From Lytechinus pictus (lineage: Eukaryota): a DNA stretch of 64,000 nt. Location of the stretch: NCBI RefSeq assembly GCF_037042905.1, contig NC_087254.1:19592001-19656000 (forward strand), in the 5' to 3' direction. Shown piece by piece: positions 13,101-24,900 of the stretch; the stretch's first letter is position 1; the number at the start of each line of letters is the position of its first letter. The notes under the pieces were generated by a model. That model saw only the letters and a program-made list of their open reading frames with translations, made no database searches and was not told the origin of the DNA. Both the position numbers and the translations under genes were made by a program.

Positions 13101-16100
13101 ATTCAAACTTTAATGTGGAAGGGATATAAAACAAATAAACCGGGCATTTCTTTCAAAAGTGTACGGGAAATATTTTATCCTCGGTTGGTCCGGCACTGTT
13201 ATTGCTGGACCAAACCCGGAATATTTGTATAAATAATGCATCTGAATCATTCATATTGCAGTTTGCATTTGACATGACCCAGGACTTGAAACAAAACCAC
13301 TCACCCTTCAAACCAGCTTAGTGGCTAACATCATTACCTTATAATAGCTCTTCCTCCCATCAGTCCAAGGCCTCTCAGTGTGGTTGCTTTCAACCATTCC
13401 TCACCAATAACCTTGAAAAAGAAACACAAAGACAACTAGGACATCAATGTTGAAATAACACCAAGTGCTGGTATAGCTCAACAACACTTTTACCATGACG
13501 CAAAAAAATGTTCATATGTAATAGTCACATTCCAAGAATGCATTCTGACCCTTGTTTTATTTCTTACTAAGGTATCACATCTTTTTGGGAGTGTCATTTA
13601 TGTATCGGCATTTATTGACTCACTGAACCTATAGCTTGTGTAATGAAAAGGAACAGGAAAATTTGATTTATTTGTGTAAATTAGAGACTGTACATGTCAT
13701 TCACTGAGCCTAAATTTTCAAATCAAAGAGGGTATTCAATACAAAATCTGCAACTCCCAAGAAATGATAAATGAATGAAATATATAAATCAGATATCAAT
13801 GAATAACTGAGCTCAGTACCTCCTCTGTCATGTAGATGCAGATTGGATGGACAGATGTTCCACTGTCAGATGGAGGACAAGTCAAAGAAGGCCTGTAAAG
13901 AATAAATATGAGACAGGAAATTACTATGCAAGCAGAATAGCTTCACATATGTTGCTTTAAGAGAAGCTTTGTTTTGCCTTAAATGATAAGCTTATATTAT
14001 ATTCAGAAGGATCATAAATTGATAAAATCATAACAATAGGTACCAATGAAAGCTGCTTGATGTGGTGGAGGAAACAAAATACTGTTCAAACATTGACACT
14101 TCAATGTATGGACAATATTGAGTACATGATATATATATCTTTTCATCTATCATGATATTGGTAACAATTGACATTTTAATGTGTTTCCGGCAGTTTAATC
14201 TGTGTTAGGTAGACATTCTTATTACTCCAGATCTCGCAATGCATTTAACTGTAAAAAAAGAATATTTCACTAAAAAAGTAGTAAAGAAATTATATTTCAG
14301 TAAGATTTTGCAGTAAAGATAACAAGAGAAATAGGAAAACCTTATTCAAACCAAGATGTCAGAATGATAAAAAATTCATATTCTTTCCTCCATTATCAGC
14401 ATAGTTGAGAAATCTGCTACTCCAATCAAAATCATCAGAGGCCATGGAGAGGGTCATAAAAAGGAAATCCCTAACCAATATTCCCTCCAGGAAGAGTTCC
14501 TTTTACGACACCCACCAAAAGTGGAGAAAAAAATATAGGCCTATATATTGGGGTTAGGGTTGCTGTCGCAAAGGAACTCTTTGCTTACCTCCATCTCCAT
14601 TCTAATCTCAGTAAACTCATTACTTTGTGAATGTTCCCTCTACTCTCACCTGTCACTGCTCTGACCATCCCAGTGCTGTAGAATATCCCAGAGGGAGGAT
14701 GAAGACTCAAAGCTATGCTGAAGCCGTTCACCCGTGAACAACTGCAACGCCACCGTGGTGGAGCCAGACCGATTGCGTGGGACATCTGATTTAACCAGCT
14801 CCAGCTTGGCATTGTTGGGTACATTGGAATATCGGAAAGGAACCTGGACATCTAGGACGGTCCTCTGGTGTCTTCAAGTCAGAGTGAAATAAAAGCAATC
14901 AACATTGGAATATCAGAGAGGAACCTGTCTTTGTGGTCAATTCATGATGAAGATTACCCGACTATGGTGCCCATTTTTGTTCTGCCAAAGATATGACTGA
15001 ATTAGCGAAGCTACTAACTAACCCCTGTGATCTTTTATTGATAAGCTTAGATCCATGATGAAATTATCCATCATATGTCAAATGTCCAAAAGATTCAATG
15101 TGTAATCATCAGGAAAACAACTAAATCAAGTCTGTCTTGGATTTTTGCATTCACATCATTCCCTATTTCAAGAACTGCAAGCTAGAAATATTGCTCTTAA
15201 AGGGTTCTTTTTCCAAGATATTCACTTTTGAGTGAAAATAATTTCAGGTACTTATCTTATTGAATGATGAACAATTTTACAACTCATTCAAAGATGATAT
15301 TTAAAAATTTTCTGAGCATCACCATTTATAAATCAAGCAATTACACTATAATGCACTTTAAGATCAATCCAAATAAAAATACATTCTTTTTCACAAAGAG
15401 ATTGATCTACTGTGCAACTAAAAGGGACAGGAGGATTTATCTCTCCTCATAAAAGAAAGTAATACAGATGCTTTTATTTTCAGACCTGTGCCACTGTACA
15501 TAGTTACATACCGGTAATTAGAATTCTTTACAATTTAAAACTTTGTGAGGATAAAGATACTTACTAGTATGGTAGGGGGCCCTAAAGCTACGCACCACTC
15601 CAATGCGCATGCAATTTCAATTGCAAAATGCGCACTCTGTGTGGAGCTAGTGACTGCAGTGTGACGAACGATTCCTATTCATTTTTTTCTATAGAGGCTG
15701 CAATAAATCGCTAAATACAGAGAAAACCAGCAACTGTTTGGAATTTTGGAGTTATATTCACTTTGATTTCATATTTTCCTATAAGAATATGAACATTATT
15801 TAGAAGTCTAGGCACAGGAAATACTTTTTCTTTGCATGATAAATTGAGTGCGTAGCTTTTAGGACCCCTTCTAATCGGGCGGCGAAATCAAGAGGTGTTC
15901 GGAAAACACGGCGGGATTTTCGTATTAGTGAGTTTTGTGATATTTTCTTTTTGGTTATGAATCTTTACAATATTTAACACAAATTTGTGAAAGATGATTT
16001 GTTAGAATATTAAAATTGGCATAGTTTTTATCGTTTGTAAACAAAGTGCGTAGCTTTAGGTCCCCCCATCATATACTATATCCAAAAATGAAAAAGATAA

Positions 16101-16911
16101 ATTGTCAGGATTCCCTAGTAGTGACAACCATTATACTAACCAATACAATTCACAAATACAGACAGATTTCATATTTGATATGCATCTACTAGACAAAATA
16201 GCCCATGACTTTCAAGACTTTGCTCACTCCCTCCCTATCTCTGAAAGACTTACTTCAAATTGTGATCATCTGCATTAAACTTCTGTTTCTGACACACTGT
16301 CTCGATGATCTGAAAATGAAAATCAATATCAATGACATATTATACAAATAATTACAGAAGCTTTATTGCAGCCATCACAAACCTTTTTTTTTTATTTGAA
16401 CAGATTAAATGCCAATCTTGTTTCTCTTTTTCATGGAAAAGAACTTGGAATCACTGCTATAATTTAAATCTAAGCTAGCTGCCTCGAATCTAACATGGAT
16501 CTTATTTCATAAATTGTGCCATAGCATAGCCATAACTTAGCCATAGGCCTAACTGTTAGTCGGACAGTGTGGGCGGCGGCAGGGCTCTTTCACACACACT
16601 ATCAGTATCACCGAGTCTTCATATACCTTCATATACACTAGCCCGGTGGTGACGGGCAAATTAGCAATAGCATAGCTGTTCGCTAAGCTGCTCTCCAATG
16701 GCAATGCGATGGATGACACAGCGCAATTTCTCACGCAGCTCAAATGAATAATTTTCAAATTTCATAAGTAAACCAAACACCTTTGCACAAACAATTTTTT
16801 TACTCACTTGAATAATAATATCAGACTTACCTCTAGGATTCTCGTATTAGGAGAAACTTTGACAATTTGTCGTCGTCCATTCGGACACAAGACGTTCACG
16901 TTGGATGCCAT
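4169..16911 (-). CDS. ASPSCR1: Tether containing UBX domain for GLUT4 (TUG/UBXD9), ~676 aa, 17 coding exons
   Basis: Exons (minus strand): 16831-16911, 16254-16309, 14650-14871, 13820-13892, 13338-13411, 11758-12349, 10972-11097, 10355-10426, 10009-10148, 9333-9411, 9069-9135, 8170-8232, 7594-7646, 6927-6978, 6045-6117, 5395-5591, 4169-4179. All introns are GT-AG with consistent phases (2031 nt total). Motifs match the TUG UBL1/UBL2/UBX architecture: MASNVNVLCPNGRRQIVKVSPN, YSNVPNNAKLELV, TTLRGLGLMGGRAIIR, VPDEFFDLTVDDVRKRL, VRIHFPDRIILQGFFRPQET, KLFPAAVVHFG, KVPKWFKMGKR*. Confidence 0.95.
6308..6486. mobile_element. Palindromic MITE; second copy at ~28711-28888
   Basis: Long inverted arms gggcgtttcgtaaagctgtttgtaagataagagcgactttaa ... 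ttaaagtcgctcttaacttacgaacagctttatgaaatggccc. The same family occurs in a GNPTG intron. Confidence 0.75.
10565..10796. repeat. Direct tandem duplication, ~115-bp unit x2 (ASPSCR1 intron)
   Basis: tgctaatgaaatgtatgtttgttt...aaggtaatatacaccagagggattgagg...aaagagcacttaa..tcccagttg occurs twice with a few substitutions. Confidence 0.85.
12649..13093. repeat. Near-perfect 222-bp tandem duplication inside a MITE-like element (inverted ends ~12586 and ~13130)
   Basis: ataatttcaccagaaaaaacaaaattcatcagagatcac... starts at 12649 and again at 12871; I saw one extra T in copy 2. Flanked by tttatatccctt / aagggatataaa inverted ends. Confidence 0.85.
15568..16079. mobile_element. MITE with TIRs in ASPSCR1 intron 2
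   Basis: tatggtagggggccctaaagctacgcac ... gtgcgtagctttaggtccccccatcata, with an internal extra TIR-like copy at ~15848. Confidence 0.7.
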
Positions 16912-17132
16912 TTTCACTCTTTACTACATGTAGTCTTTCTCGAAGCTTTTTAACAAAAACAACTTTTCGCTTGTATCATATCAAGCGCTTGAGCCATTAA
17001 GGGGGGGGGGGGGTCCGACCGTCTCCGACGGGCACACAATTTACAATTATATTACATTTCGTTGGGAAGGAGCGGGGTAAAATTCAGGTTTTGTTGAAAG
17101 TTGATGGCCTGTTATTAAATTCATTTGTAGAT

Positions 17133-17152
17133 GGGGTGGGGCCGGGCGGGGT
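17133..17152. promoter_or_regulatory. GC-box-like cluster upstream of the ASPSCR1 start codon
   Basis: ggggtggggccgggcggggtt about 230 bp upstream of the ATG (16911), in otherwise AT-rich DNA. Confidence 0.35.
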
Positions 17153-20100
17153 TATTCAAGAAGCATTGTCATGCAGTTACCAAAAACTTGTGTTATTGTT
17201 ATCATCCTACAGCTTAATCAATCCAGATTCCAAATAAATATGAGTATAATAGAGATAGAGTAAAATATTGTGCCTATTAATATAGCAAAATCCCAAAGCA
17301 GTCAAGACTTACAACTTCATGTAGAGATTGTTGTGGCAGCTGGGGGCATGCAGAGGGGCCCATCTTTGCTGGATAAACTAAAAATAAATCTTGAAAACCT
17401 AGAATATTAATCAATCTGTTTTTAGCTGAGTGTGACAGTTCATGTGGCATTGTTATACTTTTTAATGCAACATATTGCACCACATATTTTGCGAATGAAA
17501 TGCCATTAATTTAGCAGATTAAGTTCCCACCTCACTTTATCCTCATTTCTGTATAATACTAGTATTTGTTAACAGTCATATATACAGTCATAATTATTTT
17601 ACACATTTTTAATATATGGCATTTATTTGCAATTTAGGATATATGGACTTATTCTCAATTTAAAAAAATATGAATAGCCCAAGATAAAATTCCTTTAATC
17701 TTTTTCTTACATACCATTTGTCTGCCTTGCTCTCTTGACTTATTTCTTTTAACTTCATTGATTATGCAAATCTTTTTGAAGGATAATTTTAACAGTCGTC
17801 ACACAGACTAATCAAATAAATAAACCTTGAACAAAATACCTGTATGAAGAACAATTTACTTCTTTATTTCTGAACTTCCTATGGCTTATGTAACATAAAA
17901 ACTGAGCAAATATTGCTCATACAGGGTATCCTTTTTATACCAATTAAGAAAGCATTATGAATAAAAACTTGAGTCACTACTGATACACTTGTATTTTCTA
18001 AATACAAATAAATAAGAAATATAACTACTCCAAAATCCCTCTCCATACCTAAGAATATCCATCAAAATCATTATGGGCTTTATTAAACCTTGAACGAAAT
18101 TACATAAATGTACTGTATACTTTTCACTCCGAGTTCAAGATGATTTAAAGAGTTGAATTAAACAAGTAAAACACTAAAAAGTAACTGACATGAGACAAAA
18201 AATACAAAGTAATATAACTTGCTAGCATTTTGAAGCTTACGTTATGAGCCCCCCCCCCAAAAAAAAAAGGGACACTGTCCAAATGAGTGGTGTGTTGGTG
18301 CCAAAAGCCCACCTTTGTAATTTACTCTAAGAAAACATAAATATTTCACTTTTCTGCTCCAAGAAAATAAGGCTGTCACTCTGGGAACTATGGCAACAAC
18401 TTCAACTCAGGCCAATCGCATCGATCGCCATCTGAAGAGTCCTATAACAACACTGAACATCAATGTAGTACAAATGTAAAAGAAAGGTTAATCTCGATTA
18501 TGTAAAAAAAAACTTTTCATTTTAGGTAAGACATGGTTTGGCCCGTCAGTGTGTAAATTCATTGCTTCCACACAGTTACTTATGCCAAAAACAAGGAGGA
18601 GCTCATAAATCTATGAAAATGAAATATCAAAAATATTATGTACCAAAATAAAGATCTGCTGATGACATCATTAACTTACTCATTTGCCCACCATAATTTC
18701 ACAAAACAATGTAAACTTCAAAATCATAGCACTTTCTTACGTAATTTTGTTGACATTTGATTGTTACACTTGATTGTTATACTTGATTAATTCTTATTTA
18801 CTTAATTTAAATCAACTTTATCCCAAGGACACACAACTAACACTTCTTGAATCCTGTAAATTCCTACGTTTTCTATACAATTTTACTCAAAGATGACCAA
18901 TATCTTACAAAGGTATATCTGTCAAACATTTCACCCCTATAGAAACCCCTATCAAATGTGACAAAATTTTAATGGCTAGTTTACATCTAAACTTATTAAG
19001 TCTAACAAAGTACTTTTAATTTACCTTGATTTACACAAAAATCTTATATTCATTTTCAAAATAAGATTGCAATATTCTAACTATGAAATAAATTTCATGA
19101 TTAAATGATTAAATCACCATACTCCCAAGTTACATACATATTACCGCATATAATCACCACAATTAAAAAAAAAAAGAAATATGAAAAAATACACAGCTCA
19201 TAATAATGAGCGTTTCATCCATTTCAGTTAAGCAATTTTACATATTCAAAATATATATGCATTATATCACAAATAATGATTTGAAGTCTCAAACCTTCCG
19301 TATTAGTGCAGAAAGAGTTGCAATCAATCGCAACTCTACAAATCATGCGCAACTCTACAAATCATGCGCAACTTGATTTTCAACTAATCAACAGCGCGCA
19401 TATGGGACTTGCGATTGATTTTTTTACTTGCGTTTAAACGCAACTCTTTCTGCAACGGACCCCTGATAGGGCATTGGTGAATGGAAGCTCCCTTTCCAAA
19501 AGCTGACATAGAGGGCCTCCAGACTCGAAACCCAGTGCCAGGTTAGATGAGGGGATTAGCACTGGGTATGGGATTGGGAGTCGGGAGGCCCTCTATGTTA
19601 GCTTTGGGAAAAAGAGCTTCCGTACACCAACGTCCAATCTAGACTACTTCCTTATAGGATCTGGGGCACATTGCAATAAGAGTTGCAATCAAATACAACT
19701 CAAGAAATCAAACACAACTTGATTTCAAACCAATTAGAAGTGCGTATTGGGAACTGATATTGATTTTTGTTTGTGTTAAACACCCCACTCTTTCTATCAT
19801 GTGCCATAGATAAGGAAATTTGAAGCATCACATCAACACCATGAAACACATAAGGTTTATACCGCATATGAATATATTAAAAAAACAGGCGAAAACACAG
19901 AAAAAAATCCAGGATTCCAGATTAAAACATACATCCACTGCTGTGGAAAAAGATCACACAATATATTAAGTCATGAAATGGAATAAAATAAAGGGTTGAT
20001 TCTCATATTGATCTTCCACTCTGTTAGTTTGAAAATGTAAGCCTGACACCCGCTTATCACAGTCACACCTAGACTTCAAACCAATCAAAGCTAATTACTT

Positions 20101-21252
20101 TAAATGGCATATCATTAGTCCTTTTGAAGTCGGTGTGACTGTAGAATACATTACGACCTATGAAATCTCTCATTAGTATCTCCCTTAGAGTGATAAAAAA
20201 GTCATAGCACGATCTTTAGTCACCTATTTATCAAAATTGATAGTCCTTCACTAATTAATGTGTTTGGCACTGGGTTTTTTTTTAATGGTCATAATCATTC
20301 TTACTACCATGCGTATTCATGTGTTTTGCATGGTTTAGTAAAACAAGTTACATGCACCATAGGAAACATACAAGTCCAATCTCTACAGTGTACTAACAAT
20401 ATACTTCGTTAGGTATTATTGCCTTAAAGTATAGCACACAAGTTATCTCAATGAATTCTGATGACTTGTGAATTCAAAAACTATAATGGTACCAGGTGCC
20501 GCGGAACGGTTTTCAAAGTGGGGGGGCTGACCATGCTGAAAATTACAATCATATGGTAAATTTTACATTTTGGACACGGTTTTGGAAAAAAGTGGGGGGC
20601 TGAAGCCCCCCCCCCCCCCCCGGTTCCGCGGCCCCTGTAGAACATTTTGCAGAAACAAGTGCAATCATTGGACTTTTTAAATTGTACGAGTGAGCTGGAT
20701 CAAATGCATTTATACCATAGAACCTGTACATCTCATGGATTAAGAAAAGTTAACAAATCTTTGTGAATTCTGGCCTATAAGAGGATTATTTGATGTGTCT
20801 GACTTATCTTACATCAAGTATTAAAGCAAGTTTGACTTTTTACTTATCTCTAAATACAAAATATCAATGGCAATTGTCTGGCCGAAGATGAACTTTCATA
20901 ACTTATGAACTAAAACTATAATTTTGTTTGAGTTTCATCACAAACACACACATTAAGCTGCTTTTCAAAATTATATTGTACATAGACCAAGATGAAACTT
21001 GTTCATCTAAATCAACCTACCATGGTATAAAGTTCTCAAAACAATTAAGACCATTCCAATGTACAATAAATATGACATAAAGTAATGAAAGCCCACTCAC
21101 TGCTATTCGAATGACAACAAAATAGCAATGCATTAGAAAATCCACAAAAGTAAATATGCAAGATCTTTCTGCCCACCAGTGATATACAGCATGATGAGTC
21201 TTCTTGTGGTAAAATGTACCAGGGAGATCCACAAAAGGGATATAATATATCT

Positions 21253-21799
21253 GGGCCCCCGTCTTAGAAAGAGTTGTGATTGATCCGATTAACCACAACT
21301 ATAGAAAGTCAGCCATGTCAACATCTACAATGCATGTTTGTTCAAAATGTTTTCTAGATATGATGTGTGTTCATACATTCATTGTTGTCTTAAAAATATG
21401 ATGTACTCCACTTTGTTTACAAAAGGACTTTGTGCAAAATTTCGGTAGGAAAATTATGACGATGGATTTCCATATAGTAGAGGTAGATTGGATCAATCGT
21501 AACTCTTTGTAAGATGGAGCCCAGGGGCCCGTCTTACAAAGAGTTATGATTGATCCAATCAATCGTAACTCTATGGAAATCCATCAGTGTCACAATTTTT
21601 TCTACAGGAAATTTGCAAAAATGTCCTTTGTAACCAAAGGAGATCACACCAAATTGTCAAGAAATCAATGAATTTATGGATATACATTCATATCTAGAAT
21701 TTTTTTAAAACAAACATGCATTTCATATGTTGACTTTGCTGGCTTTCCAAAGTTGCGATTGATCGGATCAATTGCAACTCTTTATAAGGTGGAGCCCTG
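21253..21799. mobile_element. Two adjacent copies of one MITE family (arms gggccccgtcttacaaagagtt)
   Basis: Copies at ~21253-21523 and ~21524-21799, each bounded by cgtctta.aaagagtt ... aactcttt.taag inverted repeats. The internal sequences are in opposite orientation. Confidence 0.65.
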
Positions 21800-21968
21800 A
21801 TCTCATCTTATCATTTGGTCTCTCTTTTGAGGACCAATCTGTTGAAGACTGGACATTTACATAAAAAGATCTGACTTCAAATTTCATTTTTTCTTCACAT
21901 GTTGAAACTAACGGATCGATTGTCATTTTTTGTAAATAATCCTCATCTTACAGGAAACTCTTGGCCTT

Positions 21969-24900
21969 CTACAGGTCATCATAGAGATCATACTTGTCTT
22001 TCTCGTAATCATGGACCGACATACCAGCTCCTGGAGAGGGAAATTGAAAGAAAAATGAGAGATTTTTCAAACTGCAAGAAAGACATTAGTTGATAAGCCA
22101 GTTACTTATAAATATATGGATCCAAAGGGGATTTGCAACCACAGTTAAATTGTAAGTTGCAAAGTGCCCCTGTAAGTTTCTATTGCATTACATAATGCAA
22201 TCTAGAATAGGTAGGGAAGGGAATAAGAGCTCTCATTCAGAAACAATAGTAAAACATCAGAATTACACTACGTGTATGACAACTTGAATCCCTCCACAAC
22301 CCACAGCTAATATCACACAAAGCAAATATCTACAGGTTCCATGAGCACCTGTCTAGGTGGAAAGTAGCACAATAGAAGACTTAATTTCAATCCATAATGT
22401 TATTTATTATCATTATCAAGATCATGATCTTTCTCATTATCATCATTTTGAGACAGTGTAAATATTGTGTTGCCAAAAGGGCCAAATAATTTTGCAACTT
22501 TTTTTTAATTGTGTAGAAATTTGTGGAGGCATTGTGTCTTTTGTTGCTGTTGTTTAATAATTATAATTATAAATATTCATTTAAGAGCAATTCATATATG
22601 CTCTGCTGTACTACTACATTAAAAATAGACACATTATCCATTGAATGCACATTTCAGAGATACAAAACAAAAGTTAAGAAAATAAACAAGTTGGTATGAT
22701 GGAATGACATAGGTGACCATGCAACACAAACATATGAGGAAAGGAATATTAAGTCATGCTGGAGATTTCAAATCACATTAATGAAATAAGGATAAGCTAC
22801 AGGTGTAACACATATTCCTTTTAAGCTCCCAGCTAAAAAAAAATTAACAAACGAAATATGGTTCGAGACTTCGAGTGACAAAAAATATGAAAGATAAAAT
22901 AAAATTCTTGCTGCTTGATACATATCAGGTATAAGTGGGCATGTACATCTCATAGATGGGAAATGGGCAAAATGATTCATGACTACCCAGTTTATACCAA
23001 CAATAAGTTGCAAGGCAGAGTTCTCTCTAAAGCTTTTTGTGCTTTAATTTTTTTTTAAATAGAAAATTGACTTATCTGCAAGAAAAATGTTGCTTCTACT
23101 TATTGTCAAAGTATGAAACATGCTTTTTTCTAACACCATCATATTTCCGACAGCTGTGCTTGAACTAGGCCATGTAAAGATTAGTCCTTGATCATATGGC
23201 TGATCTTTATGTTTTATTGCATTACAATAAAGAGTAGAAATCAACTGTATGATTGGTAAGCTTTGTGTAAATGGCCCGATTGTACACCTCATGTTTGAGT
23301 GAACGAACATCAAACAACAAACCAAAATTTTTCATTCAAATGTGAACCTTTCCCTGAAATCATTATCAGTTACATGGTGAAAGATGATCAATGTTGACAA
23401 ATTGTGTAATCAAATTAAAGCTTTGTGTCTGCTTTTTAAACTATGAGTACAAACAATCTTAAGAATTCATCATGTCAGGCTAATTTGGGGTTTAATCTTG
23501 GTGGTCACAACAATACCCATTTCCAATTCCCAAAATTCTGTAATTCCTATTCATACCTGATATTCTTTTTAAAAAAATTGCAAAGATTAGTGATCGATCA
23601 TTAAATGAGTTTCAACGATTGATTGCATTGATCATAATGTATAATCAATCTTTAAAATCAGGCTAACATTCAATCATTGAGTTTTGTGATATGGGGCCCA
23701 GAAGTACACTGATATTATAAAACAATTTTAAGCACTATATCCATAAAGAAGTGTTTCACAACACTGCAATTTAAAAACGTACTAGCTCTTACATTTTGAA
23801 TAAAGTGTGTACTGTGACAGTACACATTCTATTTCAAATGTAAGAGCTACACTGTAGTACACACAGTACTACTGTGTGTACTGTATTTACACCAAAACAT
23901 TAAAGAATATTGGGTATCATCTGCACCCCTTTCAAACTGCTAGTATCACTGACAAAGCACAAAACAAACATATTTAAGATTGATGAGATGTTTGTAGACC
24001 TACTTTAAGAAGTAAAATATGAAAATGAATGATGCTGATTGAGACATACACTGAAAACCATAGATACATCACTCATAATCAAGTTGAATAAATGCTTATA
24101 GCATAGAATTTCTATGGTTATCAATGATATCACAGGAAAAGAAAAAAAAATGGAATGAATATCAGGTCAAGTCCAGATTGCAAAATAGCATATGAAGGAT
24201 AAAAACAAGAGGAGGGATGCATGCATGTATGATGCACAAAACAAAGTTACTCCATGAAATAGAAAAACTTATGTGGTGTACATTAAAAAAAAATATTTCA
24301 GGGATGTCAACTCTCCTTTTTAGTTATAGAAGGCAATGAATGATCAAATATAAGCACAAGGTGAAAAGAGATTTTCTAAGCAAAAAAATGAGCAAAAAAT
24401 GAATGTCTTTGAAGAATGTCACTCAGTTCACATTGAATTTATTCAGTATTCTAATAAATATATTGTCGTTACTAGAATACTTATTATTACAATTTTTTTT
24501 TATTAAACAGTAAATAAAGGGTGATTGTAAACATCAGTATAACTTACTTCCATCATTGGACCATTTCTCTTTTTTTAAAGAAAAATAAATGAAATTTGAA
24601 TGTTTTGTTCAATGTTTGATCTGACAGCAACAGAAACATCAGTGAAAACTTCCACTTCTCACGTACCTGTTTAATAGATTTTAAGGGAAACTGTACTACC
24701 CAAAAACTAATTTTGCATTACCGGTATACAAAATGAACTGTCTTAATTTTCATGCATGCAAATATGTTGATAATTCCAATTCATCTTATTCCACACAGCT
24801 GAAAATGTCACTCTTTAAAAAATTAATACTGTACTAATGAAGGACATGTTGGAGAATGATGAAACGGCACAAGCATGGCAAAAGGGAAGAGAAGATTGAA

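Noticed and set aside
14585-14851. 88-aa minus-strand ORF
   Set aside because: Out-of-frame shadow of ASPSCR1 exon 3.
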